Positions 20,694 through 30,682 of a DNA stretch of 64,000 nt are shown piece after piece. The stretch lies in IMG/VR virus record IMGVR_UViG_3300036770_007495, positions 1 through 64,000 of that record. One strand, written 5' to 3'. Each line of letters opens with the position of its first letter. The stretch's first letter is position 1. Both the position numbers and the translations under genes were made by a program. The notes under the pieces were generated by a model. It had not been told where the DNA came from. It saw only the letters and a program-made list of their open reading frames with translations, and searched no databases.

Positions 20694-20694
20694 T

Positions 20695-21087
20695 ATGAAA
20701 TTTGAACGTAAAATCATTGAAACTGTAGATGTCAAATACCTTGGCATCAATCTGCCAGTTCGCTATGGTGATGAGGACATTCCTTATGATGCTCCTCGGC
20801 GCATTGGAGATACATGGGAAGCTTTCATTGACATTGATGCTGGTGCAGTTCTAGACTGGCCTCAAGGCAAGACTCTTGACATGTACATGAAAGTGGTTGA
20901 TTCTGGCATCTATACACTCTACACAGAGCTGATGCAAGAAGTTGCTTGCCTTGAAGGTGAGTATGTACCACATGGATTGGTGCCTGGTGAATGGGGTGAT
21001 TATGTGCATCTCAAAATTGATGAGAACGGCAAGATCACCAATTGGCCTGCAAAAATTAGTCTTGAAGACTTTGAAGAAGAAGATTAA
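20695..21087 (+). CDS. Hypothetical protein
   Basis: Coupled ORF; YVP..GDY..L.IDENG.I.NW. Confidence 0.65.
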   Translation: MKFERKIIETVDVKYLGINLPVRYGDEDIPYDAPRRIGDTWEAFIDIDAGAVLDWPQGKTLDMYMKVVDSGIYTLYTELMQEVACLEGEYVPHGLVPGEWGDYVHLKIDENGKITNWPAKISLEDFEEED

Positions 21088-21790
21088 CCAGTTGCAAGTT
21101 TTGACGTCTTCATGTATATTGTGTGCATGAAGACGTTCAAACGAACCAATTGGACAACCGAACAAGTAATTGAACTCATCAAAGGACAAAAAATCATCCG
21201 CGGCGATGGCGTTGAATGCGACATCTGCAAACAACACAATGCAGTCATTGACGAAATCACCGATTACTTCTACGATTTCATTCGCCCACTCACTGAACAT
21301 GGGGCGCTGGGCATGCGCAACCAAGACAAAGAGATCTGCCACATTGGCGGCATCCCCGAAGAACATGTAGAGCAGTGGACCAAACAACACATCAACAATG
21401 AATAAAATCAAAGCCTTCCTATTTCATTCAGCAGTGATGCTCATTGCAATTCCAATTGCAAGCATCATTGCAGCTGTACCTGCATCACTCGTCATTTGTT
21501 TTCTCAAAGAGTGGGTGTATGACATCATCCTTTTCAATGATGGTGAATTCACATTTGAGATTCAATCATTTCATTTGATGTTGTCTCGAGTGCTCATGGC
21601 GACGCTCGCCTTTGCATACTTGATGCTCACTACCAAATACAACAAGCAATTCCGCCAATGGCTAATCAAAGGCTTATGAACATTCACCCTCTTTGTTACT
21701 TTGACATGACAGAAGAAGAACTGCAAGAGTTCTTGAAAAATAAAAACGGAAACTAGTTGACTGTTTCAAAAAATCCTATACAATATCAAC

Positions 21791-22069
21791 ATGAACGAAC
21801 AAATTGTCTATTGTGGGTGCGGCAAGTGCGTTGAGAGTGAGCGTGTGACGCTACTCAATAGCCGCATTTGTGCTGCATGTGCTGCAGAGACGCAGAAGAA
21901 TTGGCAGAAGCCGCGCGGCGTCATGGTGTGGGAAGGCAAGACTGCTCCTACCATTCAAGTGCTGTCTGCTGATCAATTCAACAATCATCGCAAGTATAAT
22001 CCTTACGGACGTCATACTGGCCGTGGCTCTGGCTTGCATCGTGTGACCAAGACAACCTCCTGCATGTAA
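21791..22069 (+). CDS. Zinc-finger-like small protein
   Basis: CGCGKC...CAAC; leaderless promoter. Confidence 0.6.
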   Translation: MNEQIVYCGCGKCVESERVTLLNSRICAACAAETQKNWQKPRGVMVWEGKTAPTIQVLSADQFNNHRKYNPYGRHTGRGSGLHRVTKTTSCM

Positions 22070-22073
22070 TTTT

Positions 22074-22469
22074 ATGAAACTACCATTTGAACTCAATCGC
22101 ACATATGCATATGATGAATTGCAAGAGCTTGTTGCAAGCATGTGCACCAGGGAGCCAATTCTCAGCTTCAGCATGTTTAAGACCAAGGAGTGCACCACTA
22201 GTGATGGTGCTTGGATGGTGAATGCACCTGACATTGAATCTTACCACCCAGTCATTGATGGTAAGGTGCAGTTCATGACTGATTACTGGCGTGTGTCCGA
22301 TGAGCCGCTCTACTCTCGTGTTGTTGAAAATCCTACTTGGCGAGTTATCATTGACATCTTCAATACCATGCTGCAAAACGGAGACAGGCAAGGCATTTAC
22401 CTAGAAGGATTGAACGTTGATGAGGTAAAAGATGATGTCAAAATTGTTCGATTCCAAATTGGAAGTTAA
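22074..22469 (+). CDS. Hypothetical protein
   Basis: ORF in operon. Confidence 0.55.
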   Translation: MKLPFELNRTYAYDELQELVASMCTREPILSFSMFKTKECTTSDGAWMVNAPDIESYHPVIDGKVQFMTDYWRVSDEPLYSRVVENPTWRVIIDIFNTMLQNGDRQGIYLEGLNVDEVKDDVKIVRFQIGS

Positions 22470-22472
22470 TTT

Positions 22473-22727
22473 ATGAAACAATACAAACTAGAAATGAGAG
22501 TGATGGGCGGTGAAGATGATATTCGCCAATTCTTAAAGTTTTGCGGTATGCTTCAGTACTGTTGCAACATTGGAGCAAGCCGTGATTTGGTTTGCTCTGT
22601 TGATGGTGATGGTAGTGCAAGACTTGGTTTTGATGTCAAGTGGGGTGATAAAGATGAATATGAGCAATTGAAGTCTACCAAATTTGATACTGGAAAAAAG
22701 CCACCTACCATTTATATTGGAGAGTAG
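22473..22727 (+). CDS. Hypothetical protein
   Basis: IGASR...VDGDG pattern. Confidence 0.55.
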   Translation: MKQYKLEMRVMGGEDDIRQFLKFCGMLQYCCNIGASRDLVCSVDGDGSARLGFDVKWGDKDEYEQLKSTKFDTGKKPPTIYIGE

Positions 22728-23267
22728 TATGAAAAACCTCACAATCTTTATCGACATGGAGCATGTGCCTCTTGAAAAGGCGCTCAAAATCATGACTGAC
22801 GAATGGGTGGATGATGGCAACTATTGCGCTCAAACTGTCATTGATTTGAGAGATGCATTGAAGAAGTGCTTGAAAGAAATCAAAAACCTCAACAAGCAAA
22901 TTGACGCCGACTATTACCCAAACGCATAACACTATGAACCCAATTAGCACTGAAACAAAATTCGCATATCGTCACAAGCCAACAAATCAGTGGTGTTGTT
23001 TTGAAACTCTCGGCTTTAATGTGGAAATGTACTTGCTTGATGAATTTGAATCAGAAATTCTCTACAGTGCTCGAAACATCATTGAAGAAGATTTGCTGCG
23101 TAGCACTATGAATGGCGAACGCTATGCTGCCCAAAACTTTCATGAATTTGAGCTTGTGGAAATTGAAATCGAGTATAAAGTCAAAGAAGACTCAAAGAAT
23201 TTGAGACATGGAATTTAATTCACCTCAAACAGGTTGACAAGTAAAGGAAACTCTCTATAATAAAGAT

Positions 23268-23990
23268 ATGAAATACAAACTTACCGACAATACTAAAACC
23301 ATCGGTAGCACCACTCTTTATCAAATCCAAGCTCTCAAAGACTTCGGAAATGTCAAAAAAGGTGATCTTGGTGGTTGGATTGAAAAAGAAAACAATTTGA
23401 ACCAATATGGCCGTGCATGGGTGAGTGGCAATGCACAAGTGAGTGGTGATGCATGGGTGAGTGGTGATGCACAAGTGAGTGGCAATGCACGGGTGTTAGG
23501 CGCTGCACAAGTGAGTGGCAATGCACGGGTGGGTGATGATGCATGGGTGATTGGCAATGCATGGGTGTTAGGTGATGCACAAGTGAGTGGCAATGCACGG
23601 GTGAGTGATGATGCATGGGTGATTGGCAATGCACAGGTGAGTGGCGATGCACAGTTGAGTGATGACGCACAGGTGAGTGATGATGCACAGGTGAGTGGCA
23701 ATGCACAAGTGTTTGGCTGTGCATGGGTGAGTGATGATGCACAGGTGAGTGGCAATGCACGGGTGTTAGGCGCTGCACAAGTGGGTGGCAATGCACGGGT
23801 GAGTGGTAATTCTCAGGTGCGTGGCAATACACGGGTGGGTGGCAATACACGGGGGTCTGGTGATGTATACACAACCCCCAAAGAAGAAATCTTGCCTGAA
23901 ATCCTCTCCTCTCTTCCGAAAGAAGTTACTGCAATTACCATCGACGGTAAGAATTATAAATTGGAAACAAAGTGGGTGCTGGAAGAGTAA
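23268..23990 (+). CDS. Hexapeptide-repeat (left-handed beta-helix) protein
   Basis: IQALKDFGNVKKGDLGGWIEKE.NL then >20 A-x-V-S-G-[ND] repeats; promoter TTGACA-N16-TATAAT-N6-ATG. Confidence 0.85.
   Translation: MKYKLTDNTKTIGSTTLYQIQALKDFGNVKKGDLGGWIEKENNLNQYGRAWVSGNAQVSGDAWVSGDAQVSGNARVLGAAQVSGNARVGDDAWVIGNAWVLGDAQVSGNARVSDDAWVIGNAQVSGDAQLSDDAQVSDDAQVSGNAQVFGCAWVSDDAQVSGNARVLGAAQVGGNARVSGNSQVRGNTRVGGNTRGSGDVYTTPKEEILPEILSSLPKEVTAITIDGKNYKLETKWVLEE
23414..23860 (+). repeat. 18-bp coding tandem repeat (GCACAGGTGAGTGGCAAT-like)
   Basis: Degenerate tandem array encoding the hexapeptide repeats. Confidence 0.85.
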
Positions 23991-24753
23991 ACAAGTTGGC
24001 TGCATCTGAAAATTCGCTATAGTAACAACATGAATCCAAAACTAATTTTCTTTCAAGATTTTTACATCAACATGAACCATGTGGTTTCTATTCTTTTGAA
24101 ACCCAGCAAGGTGACTCTTGTTTTTGCGGATGGTAGTTCTATGAAATTTGTAGATTTTGATGAGAGTGAATACAAAGACCTTCAAGAAAACCTTCAATCT
24201 CTAATGTAATATGAACGCTGCACAAAAACTTGCATACGAAACTTTTCGAGAGGTTTTAAATCCATATTTTAATCAAAATCCTGGCGCAATGTTTCCAATC
24301 TTTTTCGCCTTTGGAGACGCTATCAAGAAAGCGGGATTTTCGGAAGAGGAAATTCAAGCAGCGCGAAAAATGTACGACGAGAATAAAACTGTATGATTAC
24401 AGGACTACCAGAACATCTTCGCAACTACTCCTTAGCAGTATTTGATTACTTTGCTACTGGTGAAGGAGTTACAGTTGAAGCACAGATTCTAAACGATAAA
24501 GATCATTTGCCAATGGATATTGGTTGGTGGGATAGAAATCTGATTCCTCGATACCCTTGCGTCATTGAGAAAGAATCTCATGGTGAGAAATATCTGGATT
24601 AGAATCCAGAATTCAAAATGCATTTCTATGAGTGCTTTGGAGTGAAGATGTGGAATGCATTTGTGCATTGTTGTGAGAGACGCAAAAGTGTGCTTGACTT
24701 GAAAGTAAAGATGCACTATAATTTGTCGTAAGGAAAGTAGATATAATAATTGT

Positions 24754-25254
24754 ATGAGTGAAATTCTTAGAGCCGCAATGTATGCGCAACAAAAACACGC
24801 TGGCCAGAAGCGCAAAGATGGTAAACCTTACTTTACGCATGTTGAAGCAGTAGCCAACATTGTCAACAGGGAATGGTTCGTGCTCATTCCGCGTGAAGCA
24901 CAAGACAATTGGAACAAATGCAAAGACCAAGTGGTTGCTGCTGCTTACCTGCATGATGTCATTGAAGATTGCGGAGTTACCAAACAGGACCTCATTGATG
25001 CTGGCTTCTCTGTGATGACTGCGGAAATCGTTGATGCTCTTTCCAAGAAGCTTGGTGAAAACTACTTCGACTTCATCATGCGCATTCACAATGGTGATCG
25101 GCCTGTATACGACTCTTGCGGTGCATTTCGAGTTGGCATGGTTGCAGTCAAGCTTGCTGACTTGCAGCACAACATGAGTGATCTTCAAGAGGGTTCACAG
25201 AAAGACAAATATCGTTTGGCGCATTACATCCTCAGTTATTTCAATCCCAAATGA
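24754..25254 (+). CDS. HD-domain small alarmone hydrolase (SpoT/Mesh1-like)
   Basis: HAGQKRKDGKPYFTH, AAYLHDVIED, VKLAD..HN. Confidence 0.82.
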   Translation: MSEILRAAMYAQQKHAGQKRKDGKPYFTHVEAVANIVNREWFVLIPREAQDNWNKCKDQVVAAAYLHDVIEDCGVTKQDLIDAGFSVMTAEIVDALSKKLGENYFDFIMRIHNGDRPVYDSCGAFRVGMVAVKLADLQHNMSDLQEGSQKDKYRLAHYILSYFNPK

Positions 25255-25619
25255 AAGACTCTAAGCATAAAAACTACATTTGGAAAATTGGCGACCACTA
25301 CATTGATTGTGGTTATATTCCACGTGTAGTAGTTGAGGTTCATTATGAAATGAGATATGTTGGTAAGCCAACTCCTGACAATTATGAGAAGTGCCAGCGA
25401 AGGCTGGTGCAAGAAGGGCTTGCAGGACGATCGTTGATTGATGGCACCATTGGAAATTGTTCTATATGGTATTGCGGCGTCAAATGGATGCATCCTGCCA
25501 TGGCAAAGCGTTGGGCTAAATTTGGTCCGTTTGATGATGGCATGCGCAAATATCTGGCTGCATTCTATGCAGGTGAATGGGGCAATGGCAGAAACATTTG
25601 GTGGGAAACAGTTGAATAA
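25251..25619 (+). CDS. Hypothetical protein
   Basis: ATGA-coupled ORF. Confidence 0.55.
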   Translation: MKDSKHKNYIWKIGDHYIDCGYIPRVVVEVHYEMRYVGKPTPDNYEKCQRRLVQEGLAGRSLIDGTIGNCSIWYCGVKWMHPAMAKRWAKFGPFDDGMRKYLAAFYAGEWGNGRNIWWETVE

Positions 25620-25644
25620 ACACAAAACGACATTACTATACAAA

Positions 25645-25905
25645 ATGAAACAAACAATCTTCGCAATCGTCTTTGCACTTGTTGGTGCTTCTTGCACTGA
25701 GAATCAGATGGCCAAACAGTTTGGTGGCACCATGCGAGTGGAGTTGCCAGCCAACACCAAGTTTGTCAATGCCACTTGGAAGAATGATGAACTGTGGTAC
25801 ATCTATCGCAATCGCCGTGCTGATGAGAGCGCAGAGACTGTGACCATGCAAGAAGACTCCAACTTTGGCCTTGTGGAAGGCAAGGTTCTTTTCATCGAAA
25901 AATAA
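25645..25905 (+). CDS. Small lipoprotein
   Basis: Lipobox VGASC; TEN..AKQFGG...NATWK. Confidence 0.7.
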   Translation: MKQTIFAIVFALVGASCTENQMAKQFGGTMRVELPANTKFVNATWKNDELWYIYRNRRADESAETVTMQEDSNFGLVEGKVLFIEK

Positions 25906-26395
25906 TATGAGTGAATCTACCAAACTCATTGCTGTAATCGTCGTCGGCATCGTTGTCGGATACTTCATCAGCTACATGTGATATGATGCAAAAACTCCTC
26001 GATTTCTTCTGCAGCCTGCAGTTCATCTTTCGTCCCAGTTATTGGATCATGCTGGGCAAGTACAACAAAGCATGGGACAAACAGCTGCAACAGCTGGCCA
26101 AAGAACATGATTTTATGCCTATTCATGTCTTTGAAGACAGAGCTGCGCGATGCATGCTGAGTGACCATCACTTGTGGCTTGGCAATTACCCATACAGCTT
26201 CCTGGTGGAGGAAAAAGCTGTCAATGCCACTACTATGAATAGTGGTTGCACATATTTTAATTTTGCAACTCGCGATCTTGATCATCAACCTCGGCCCAGC
26301 CGCCTCACCATCATGCGCCTGCGCAAAAAAATCGTTGATGACTTTGCCAAGCATAACGTCATTCTCGACGACAAATAATACAAACCAACTGAAAT

Positions 26396-26887
26396 ATGAA
26401 CAAGATGTATCTGGTGCTGGGTGATTGGTCTAATGATGGCCATGGAAAGTATGACAAAGTTCTTGTGGAGAGCAACAAGACTGTCAGAGAGATTCAAGAT
26501 GCCTACAAAGCATCCTGCAAGCTGACTGGTGTCTCATTCAATCACAACGATGATTTTACGGGACGCACAAGGGATTACAGGGAAGCGCACAAGTATCACA
26601 TTGCCACAGATTATGAACGGGGGTTTGATGTCACTGATGAAGCAAAACAAGCTCTCAAAGATGCTGGCTTTGATGTAGAAAAGCATTTTGCTTTTGGCAT
26701 GGATCAAGATGGTGAACAAATTGAAGACAATGATGTCATCTTTCTGTATCTGTGGACTGAGTTTGTAAAGCTCAGCTTGCCTGATCTCATCATCAATAAA
26801 ATTCCTGAAGATGAATCCATTCCTGTCATCAATGGTTATTGGAATGGTAACCTCAATGTGCAGTTTGGATATGGTCTTTACTTTTAA
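26396..26887 (+). CDS. Hypothetical protein
   Basis: LGDWSNDGHGK...GYGLY. Confidence 0.65.
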   Translation: MNKMYLVLGDWSNDGHGKYDKVLVESNKTVREIQDAYKASCKLTGVSFNHNDDFTGRTRDYREAHKYHIATDYERGFDVTDEAKQALKDAGFDVEKHFAFGMDQDGEQIEDNDVIFLYLWTEFVKLSLPDLIINKIPEDESIPVINGYWNGNLNVQFGYGLYF

Positions 26888-26895
26888 AAAAAACT

Positions 26896-27312
26896 ATGTA
26901 CTTTCACGATAAAACTCTTGAAAACAAAATTCATGGTGCCAAGTTCCTTGGCTTCACTCGCAAGGATGAAAGCAACATTCTCATCACTACTGATCGTGGC
27001 AACATTAATGTGAATGTTTGTGGTGATTGTTGCTCTCATTCCATCTTCTATGATGTGGTGGTGCCTGAAGAATGCTTTGGTGCTGAAATCACCGGCTTTG
27101 ACACATGGGATCGTGAAAGTCAGGTGCCAACAGAAGAGCAGGTGATTGCAAAAGCAAAAGAAGTTGCAGGCTGGGAAGTTGACACTGCATATGAATGTCT
27201 CAGCATCTGGGATGTCAAGTTTCAAACCACCAATGGCACCATCTACCTGCGCCATGTCAATAGCTCCAATGGCTATTATGATGGCATGGTGAGCATCGAT
27301 TGTGATTTTTGA
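26896..27312 (+). CDS. Hypothetical protein
   Basis: GDCCS...SNGYYDG. Confidence 0.65.
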   Translation: MYFHDKTLENKIHGAKFLGFTRKDESNILITTDRGNINVNVCGDCCSHSIFYDVVVPEECFGAEITGFDTWDRESQVPTEEQVIAKAKEVAGWEVDTAYECLSIWDVKFQTTNGTIYLRHVNSSNGYYDGMVSIDCDF

Positions 27313-27315
27313 TAT

Positions 27316-27669
27316 ATGAAATCGTATAAAATTGAACTACTCATCAACGACCACGATGAGGTGGGTGCAGAAGAAATCAAAACCATTCTGGAGAATCAGA
27401 AGTATCCCAATTGGTGCATTGCTCCTCTTGTTGCTGATGTCAAAGAAGCAGACATTGGTGAATGGAGTGATGATCATCCGTTCAACAAGCGTGATCAATT
27501 CAAAGCACACATGGACAAAGTATTCCCAAATGAATACAAAGAAGAATATGAAAAGCTTCGATCCATTTGCATCGGCATTTATTATGCACGCATTGCAATG
27601 AGAGAAGATCTCATCATCAAAGGTCTTGAAGAGATTGATGCATACTTTCGCGAACCCAACATGAACTAA
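27316..27669 (+). CDS. Hypothetical protein
   Basis: ORF in operon. Confidence 0.55.
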   Translation: MKSYKIELLINDHDEVGAEEIKTILENQKYPNWCIAPLVADVKEADIGEWSDDHPFNKRDQFKAHMDKVFPNEYKEEYEKLRSICIGIYYARIAMREDLIIKGLEEIDAYFREPNMN

Positions 27670-27675
27670 CTTTTT

Positions 27676-27751
27676 GGCTGCATAGACCAACGGCAGAGTC
27701 ATGGGACTTAAAATCCTTGTAGTATGGGTTCGAATCCCATTGCAGCTACCA
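27676..27751 (+). tRNA. tRNA-Leu(TAA), short variable loop
   Basis: GGCTGCA/TGCAGCT acceptor, CT-TAA-AA loop, TTCGAAT T-loop, encoded CCA. Confidence 0.88.
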
Positions 27752-27756
27752 CTTTT

Positions 27757-28020
27757 ATGCTTGAACTCATTGGATGGATTGGCTCAATGCTGTTTGCATT
27801 CTGTGCATTGCCACAGTGCATCATGGTGTGCAAACAGAAACATGCTCAAGGATTGTCTTGGGGCTTTTTGCTCATGTGGATGATGGGTGAGGTGCTGTGC
27901 TTTTTCTATGTTGCACTGCAGCCCATGATTCAGGTGCCATTGTTGGCCAATTATGTTCTCAATTTTATAATGCTCCTCATCATCATTGCATATAAAATCA
28001 CAGGAAACAAGTTGAACTAA
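27757..28020 (+). CDS. PQ-loop / SemiSWEET-like membrane protein
   Basis: IGWIGS..FA.CALPQ...GLS...PLLANY; 3 TMs. Confidence 0.8.
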   Translation: MLELIGWIGSMLFAFCALPQCIMVCKQKHAQGLSWGFLLMWMMGEVLCFFYVALQPMIQVPLLANYVLNFIMLLIIIAYKITGNKLN

Positions 28021-28044
28021 CTGCAAATTACTTTACATTGCAAC

Positions 28045-28356
28045 ATGAACAAAGACCAAATTCAACTGCGCATCAAAAACATTGAAGCTGAAATTCTCAA
28101 GCTGCGAAAAGAGCTTGATGCAATTGAAAAGGCTGAAAATCTTTTTGAAGATCGAGGCGCCGACGCCGACTACACATTTGAAGAAGTTAATGACATTGTG
28201 ACTGACCGCTTTCACCCTGCAGAGTTTGCAGTGCGCACTGGCGGCAAATATGCTTACAATGGCATCTTTTTGGGCGGTGTCGGCGGTGAATGTCCTTGGA
28301 AAATCATCAGAGATGAAGAAGACGCATGGGTGCTTGTATTGACATGCAACAAATAA
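28045..28356 (+). CDS. Hypothetical protein
   Basis: Leaderless early gene. Confidence 0.55.
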   Translation: MNKDQIQLRIKNIEAEILKLRKELDAIEKAENLFEDRGADADYTFEEVNDIVTDRFHPAEFAVRTGGKYAYNGIFLGGVGGECPWKIIRDEEDAWVLVLTCNK

Positions 28357-29011
28357 GTTGCATTCATCTCAAACAACATTACATTACAACATATGGCAAA
28401 CAACAAAAACGAACTCGCAATTGATGCTGAATTGGAGCCTTATCATCGTCGCTGGAGCGGCAATGGCTTTCACATGCACAGCAACCGCATTGGTGGTGCA
28501 TTTGGCTTGTCCAAGAAAGAATGGCATCGCATGATTGAAACGCGCAATCGCATCAACAAGCAGCGCAAACTCAAACAGAAAAACAACAACCGATAAACAA
28601 TATGCACCGCATTGCTGTATTCATTGCTGCCCTAGCAACAGCCATCATTGGCCATGAGATTCATAACTCCATCTTCTGGAGCATCATTGACTTCTTCTTC
28701 TGGCCATTTGCATGGATCAAATGGGCAATCTTTCACGAAGTCAATGTGAGCATCATCAAGAGTGCTTTTGAATTCTTTCTGCAATAGTCATGGACATTCC
28801 TTTTTGGTTTTGGACCAGCATCATCACCAGCATCATTGTTCTTATTGTTGCTGTTGTAAATCTTGTGACATCACTTGATGGCATTGGCAGGCTCCAACTG
28901 TGGCGCGTCTGGGTGCACATTGCATGCTGCATTGCATGGTTGCTTTCAGTTTGGAGTACCATTGGCTTTGGCATTGCATGGATTGTGACAGTACTTAAAT
29001 CTTAAACATTT

Positions 29012-29418
29012 GCGCGGTTAGCTCAATGGTCAGAGCAGGGAACTCGATAGGGTCGGTGCATTGGAAACGATGCATTTGTAAGGTGTAAATTCGGTGAACG
29101 GTTTAATCTCCCAACGCCGAGCGAAGCGGGCACTGTAAAGGAATGAGAATCGTCGGGTAAGCCAAACTCGAAAGAGTGGAACCCCTGACAGCCCGAACGT
29201 GTAGAGACTATAATCACCTGCCTAAGTTTTGCGGATAAGTCTCACCTAACTGTGAACGTAAAATAAGGCAAAGGCATAGTCCAGACCACAAACAGAGTGA
29301 GAGACGTTGAAACGGAACGGTGCGTATTCTCATAAGTTATTCCGTAACTCTGGTAGTGAAAACTATAGTGGTAAGCATAATTCCTTGGTTGGGGGTTCGA
29401 ATCCCTCACTGCGCACCA
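29012..29418 (+). tRNA. tRNA(CAT) (elongator Met or Ile2) interrupted by a group I intron
   Basis: Exon 1 29012-29044 ends GGGAACT; exon 2 29376-29418 CATAATTCCT...TTCGAAT...ACCA; G1-C72 paired so not initiator. Confidence 0.88.
29045..29375 (+). mobile_element. ORF-less group I intron (331 nt)
   Basis: Exon ends in U, intron ends in G; P1 ACT|C-GATA-GGGT with U.G pair; P AATTCGGTGAA, Q AACGCCGAGC, R GTAGAGACTA, S AAGGCATAGTCC. Confidence 0.88.
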
Positions 29419-29424
29419 ATTTTT

Positions 29425-29566
29425 GACTCAGCGGCGTGGACAGTGACACGCGATGAAATGACTGGCCTGAATAAGATCGCAACTTATAACAGGAAAGAGT
29501 CCCAGCCTGAAAAGGTAATAGTAGTCTAATCCTAGGCAGCTGGTGCAATTCCAGCCTGAGTCATCA
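29425..29566 (+). ncRNA. tRNA-like RNA with ~80-nt insert replacing anticodon arm (family member 2)
   Basis: GACTCAG/CTGAGTC, GCGTG-GACAGTGA-CACGC, GCTGG-TGCAATT-CCAGC. Confidence 0.65.
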
Positions 29567-29569
29567 AAC

Positions 29570-29662
29570 GGGAGGATAGTTTAACATGCGAAAAACCAGA
29601 GTTGTATTGGCAACCGCCTTGAGTGGCATCTGATGCAGGTTCAAGGTCTGCTCCTCCTTCCA
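29570..29662 (+). ncRNA. tRNA-like RNA with branched anticodon arm and encoded CCA
   Basis: GGGAGGA/TCCTCCT-T-CCA; D-arm GTTT/AAAC; CAGA/TCTG enclosing two hairpins; T-arm GCAGG-TTCAAGG-TCTGC. Confidence 0.65.
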
Positions 29663-30081
29663 ATTTTATGAACGTCAAAGAAAAACTTCAAAAGCTCATT
29701 GAACTATATGAGCAAGACATTGAGCATTTGCAGAAAGGTAGTTATTACTTTCAAGAATGTGAATATGAATGCGACTACGCCAAAGCCTACAAGCTTGAAG
29801 AAGTTGTATCAGACTTGAAGGCAATTGTGGAAACCATTTGATTAAAGCTTATCTTGTTGTATAGTGTTGTATGAGTATTGAAAAAACCTACGAAGCCGTT
29901 GCACAGGCTCATGCCATTCACAAAATGCATTTGCAAGCCATTGGTACTCTGGTTGTAAGACAGCTAGTGAAAGACAATGCCATCAACATTGAAAAGCTTC
30001 AAGATGCATGCATGGACTTGCGCCTTGTTGATGTAGACGATGATGGCAAATTCACAGCACTCCCCATTACAATCAAATAAT

Positions 30082-30345
30082 ATGATCACAGCAAAAGAAG
30101 CAAGAGAACTAGCAGGTCCGACCATTGAAGAGATGGCGGAATTTTTTGACAAGCCAATCCGCGAAGCTGCTGCCAAGAAAGAAAGAAGCATTACTGTTTA
30201 TCATGGCGCTTTAGAGAGTGAAGCATATAGCAATACCAAACGCTGGAAAGAATTTGTCGCCTATATGGCTAAGCTCGGCTTTGGTGCTGAGCTTTACTAC
30301 TACGAAGGCCAGTTTGTTGACATGAGAATCACAATCAAGTGGTAA
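30082..30345 (+). CDS. Hypothetical protein
   Basis: MITAKEARELA... Confidence 0.6.
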   Translation: MITAKEARELAGPTIEEMAEFFDKPIREAAAKKERSITVYHGALESEAYSNTKRWKEFVAYMAKLGFGAELYYYEGQFVDMRITIKW

Positions 30346-30675
30346 TTGTGTATGTGGCAGCAAGGCAGACAACAAGCAACCAAGCAATTGAGTAAATTGC
30401 TGCTTGCACATGGTAGCAATTGGGATTGCTATCTCATTCACATGCCAAAAGATTGCAACATTGATTGGCATTTGGATCCTGTTGAGAATAAACAGCATCA
30501 TCGCATCAACATTACACTCTGGGGACTGTGGAGATTTTGGCGAAAGAATGATGCTGGCACTGAACATTTTCTTTGGCAGTTTCCTTTTCATTGGACAAAA
30601 TTTCGTCCAGATATTGAACTGCACAAAGCAGAAACCTTTAAAAATACATTGATTCTTTCTATAGGCTGGGTATAA
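30346..30675 (+). CDS. Possible 2OG-Fe(II) oxygenase / cupin-like protein
   Basis: H-x-D (WHLDP) and distal His (FRPDIELH); start uncertain. Confidence 0.5.
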   Translation: MCMWQQGRQQATKQLSKLLLAHGSNWDCYLIHMPKDCNIDWHLDPVENKQHHRINITLWGLWRFWRKNDAGTEHFLWQFPFHWTKFRPDIELHKAETFKNTLILSIGWV

Positions 30676-30682
30676 TAACAAC

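Noticed and set aside
23414-23860. CRISPR array or DGR target
   Set aside because: In-frame 18-bp coding repeats; no spacers, reverse transcriptase or template repeat in the window.
29023-29623. Short ORFs over the tRNA/intron region, over tmRNA (58934..59173) and over tRNAs (61826.., 62305.., 62689..)
   Set aside because: They overlap structured RNA genes.
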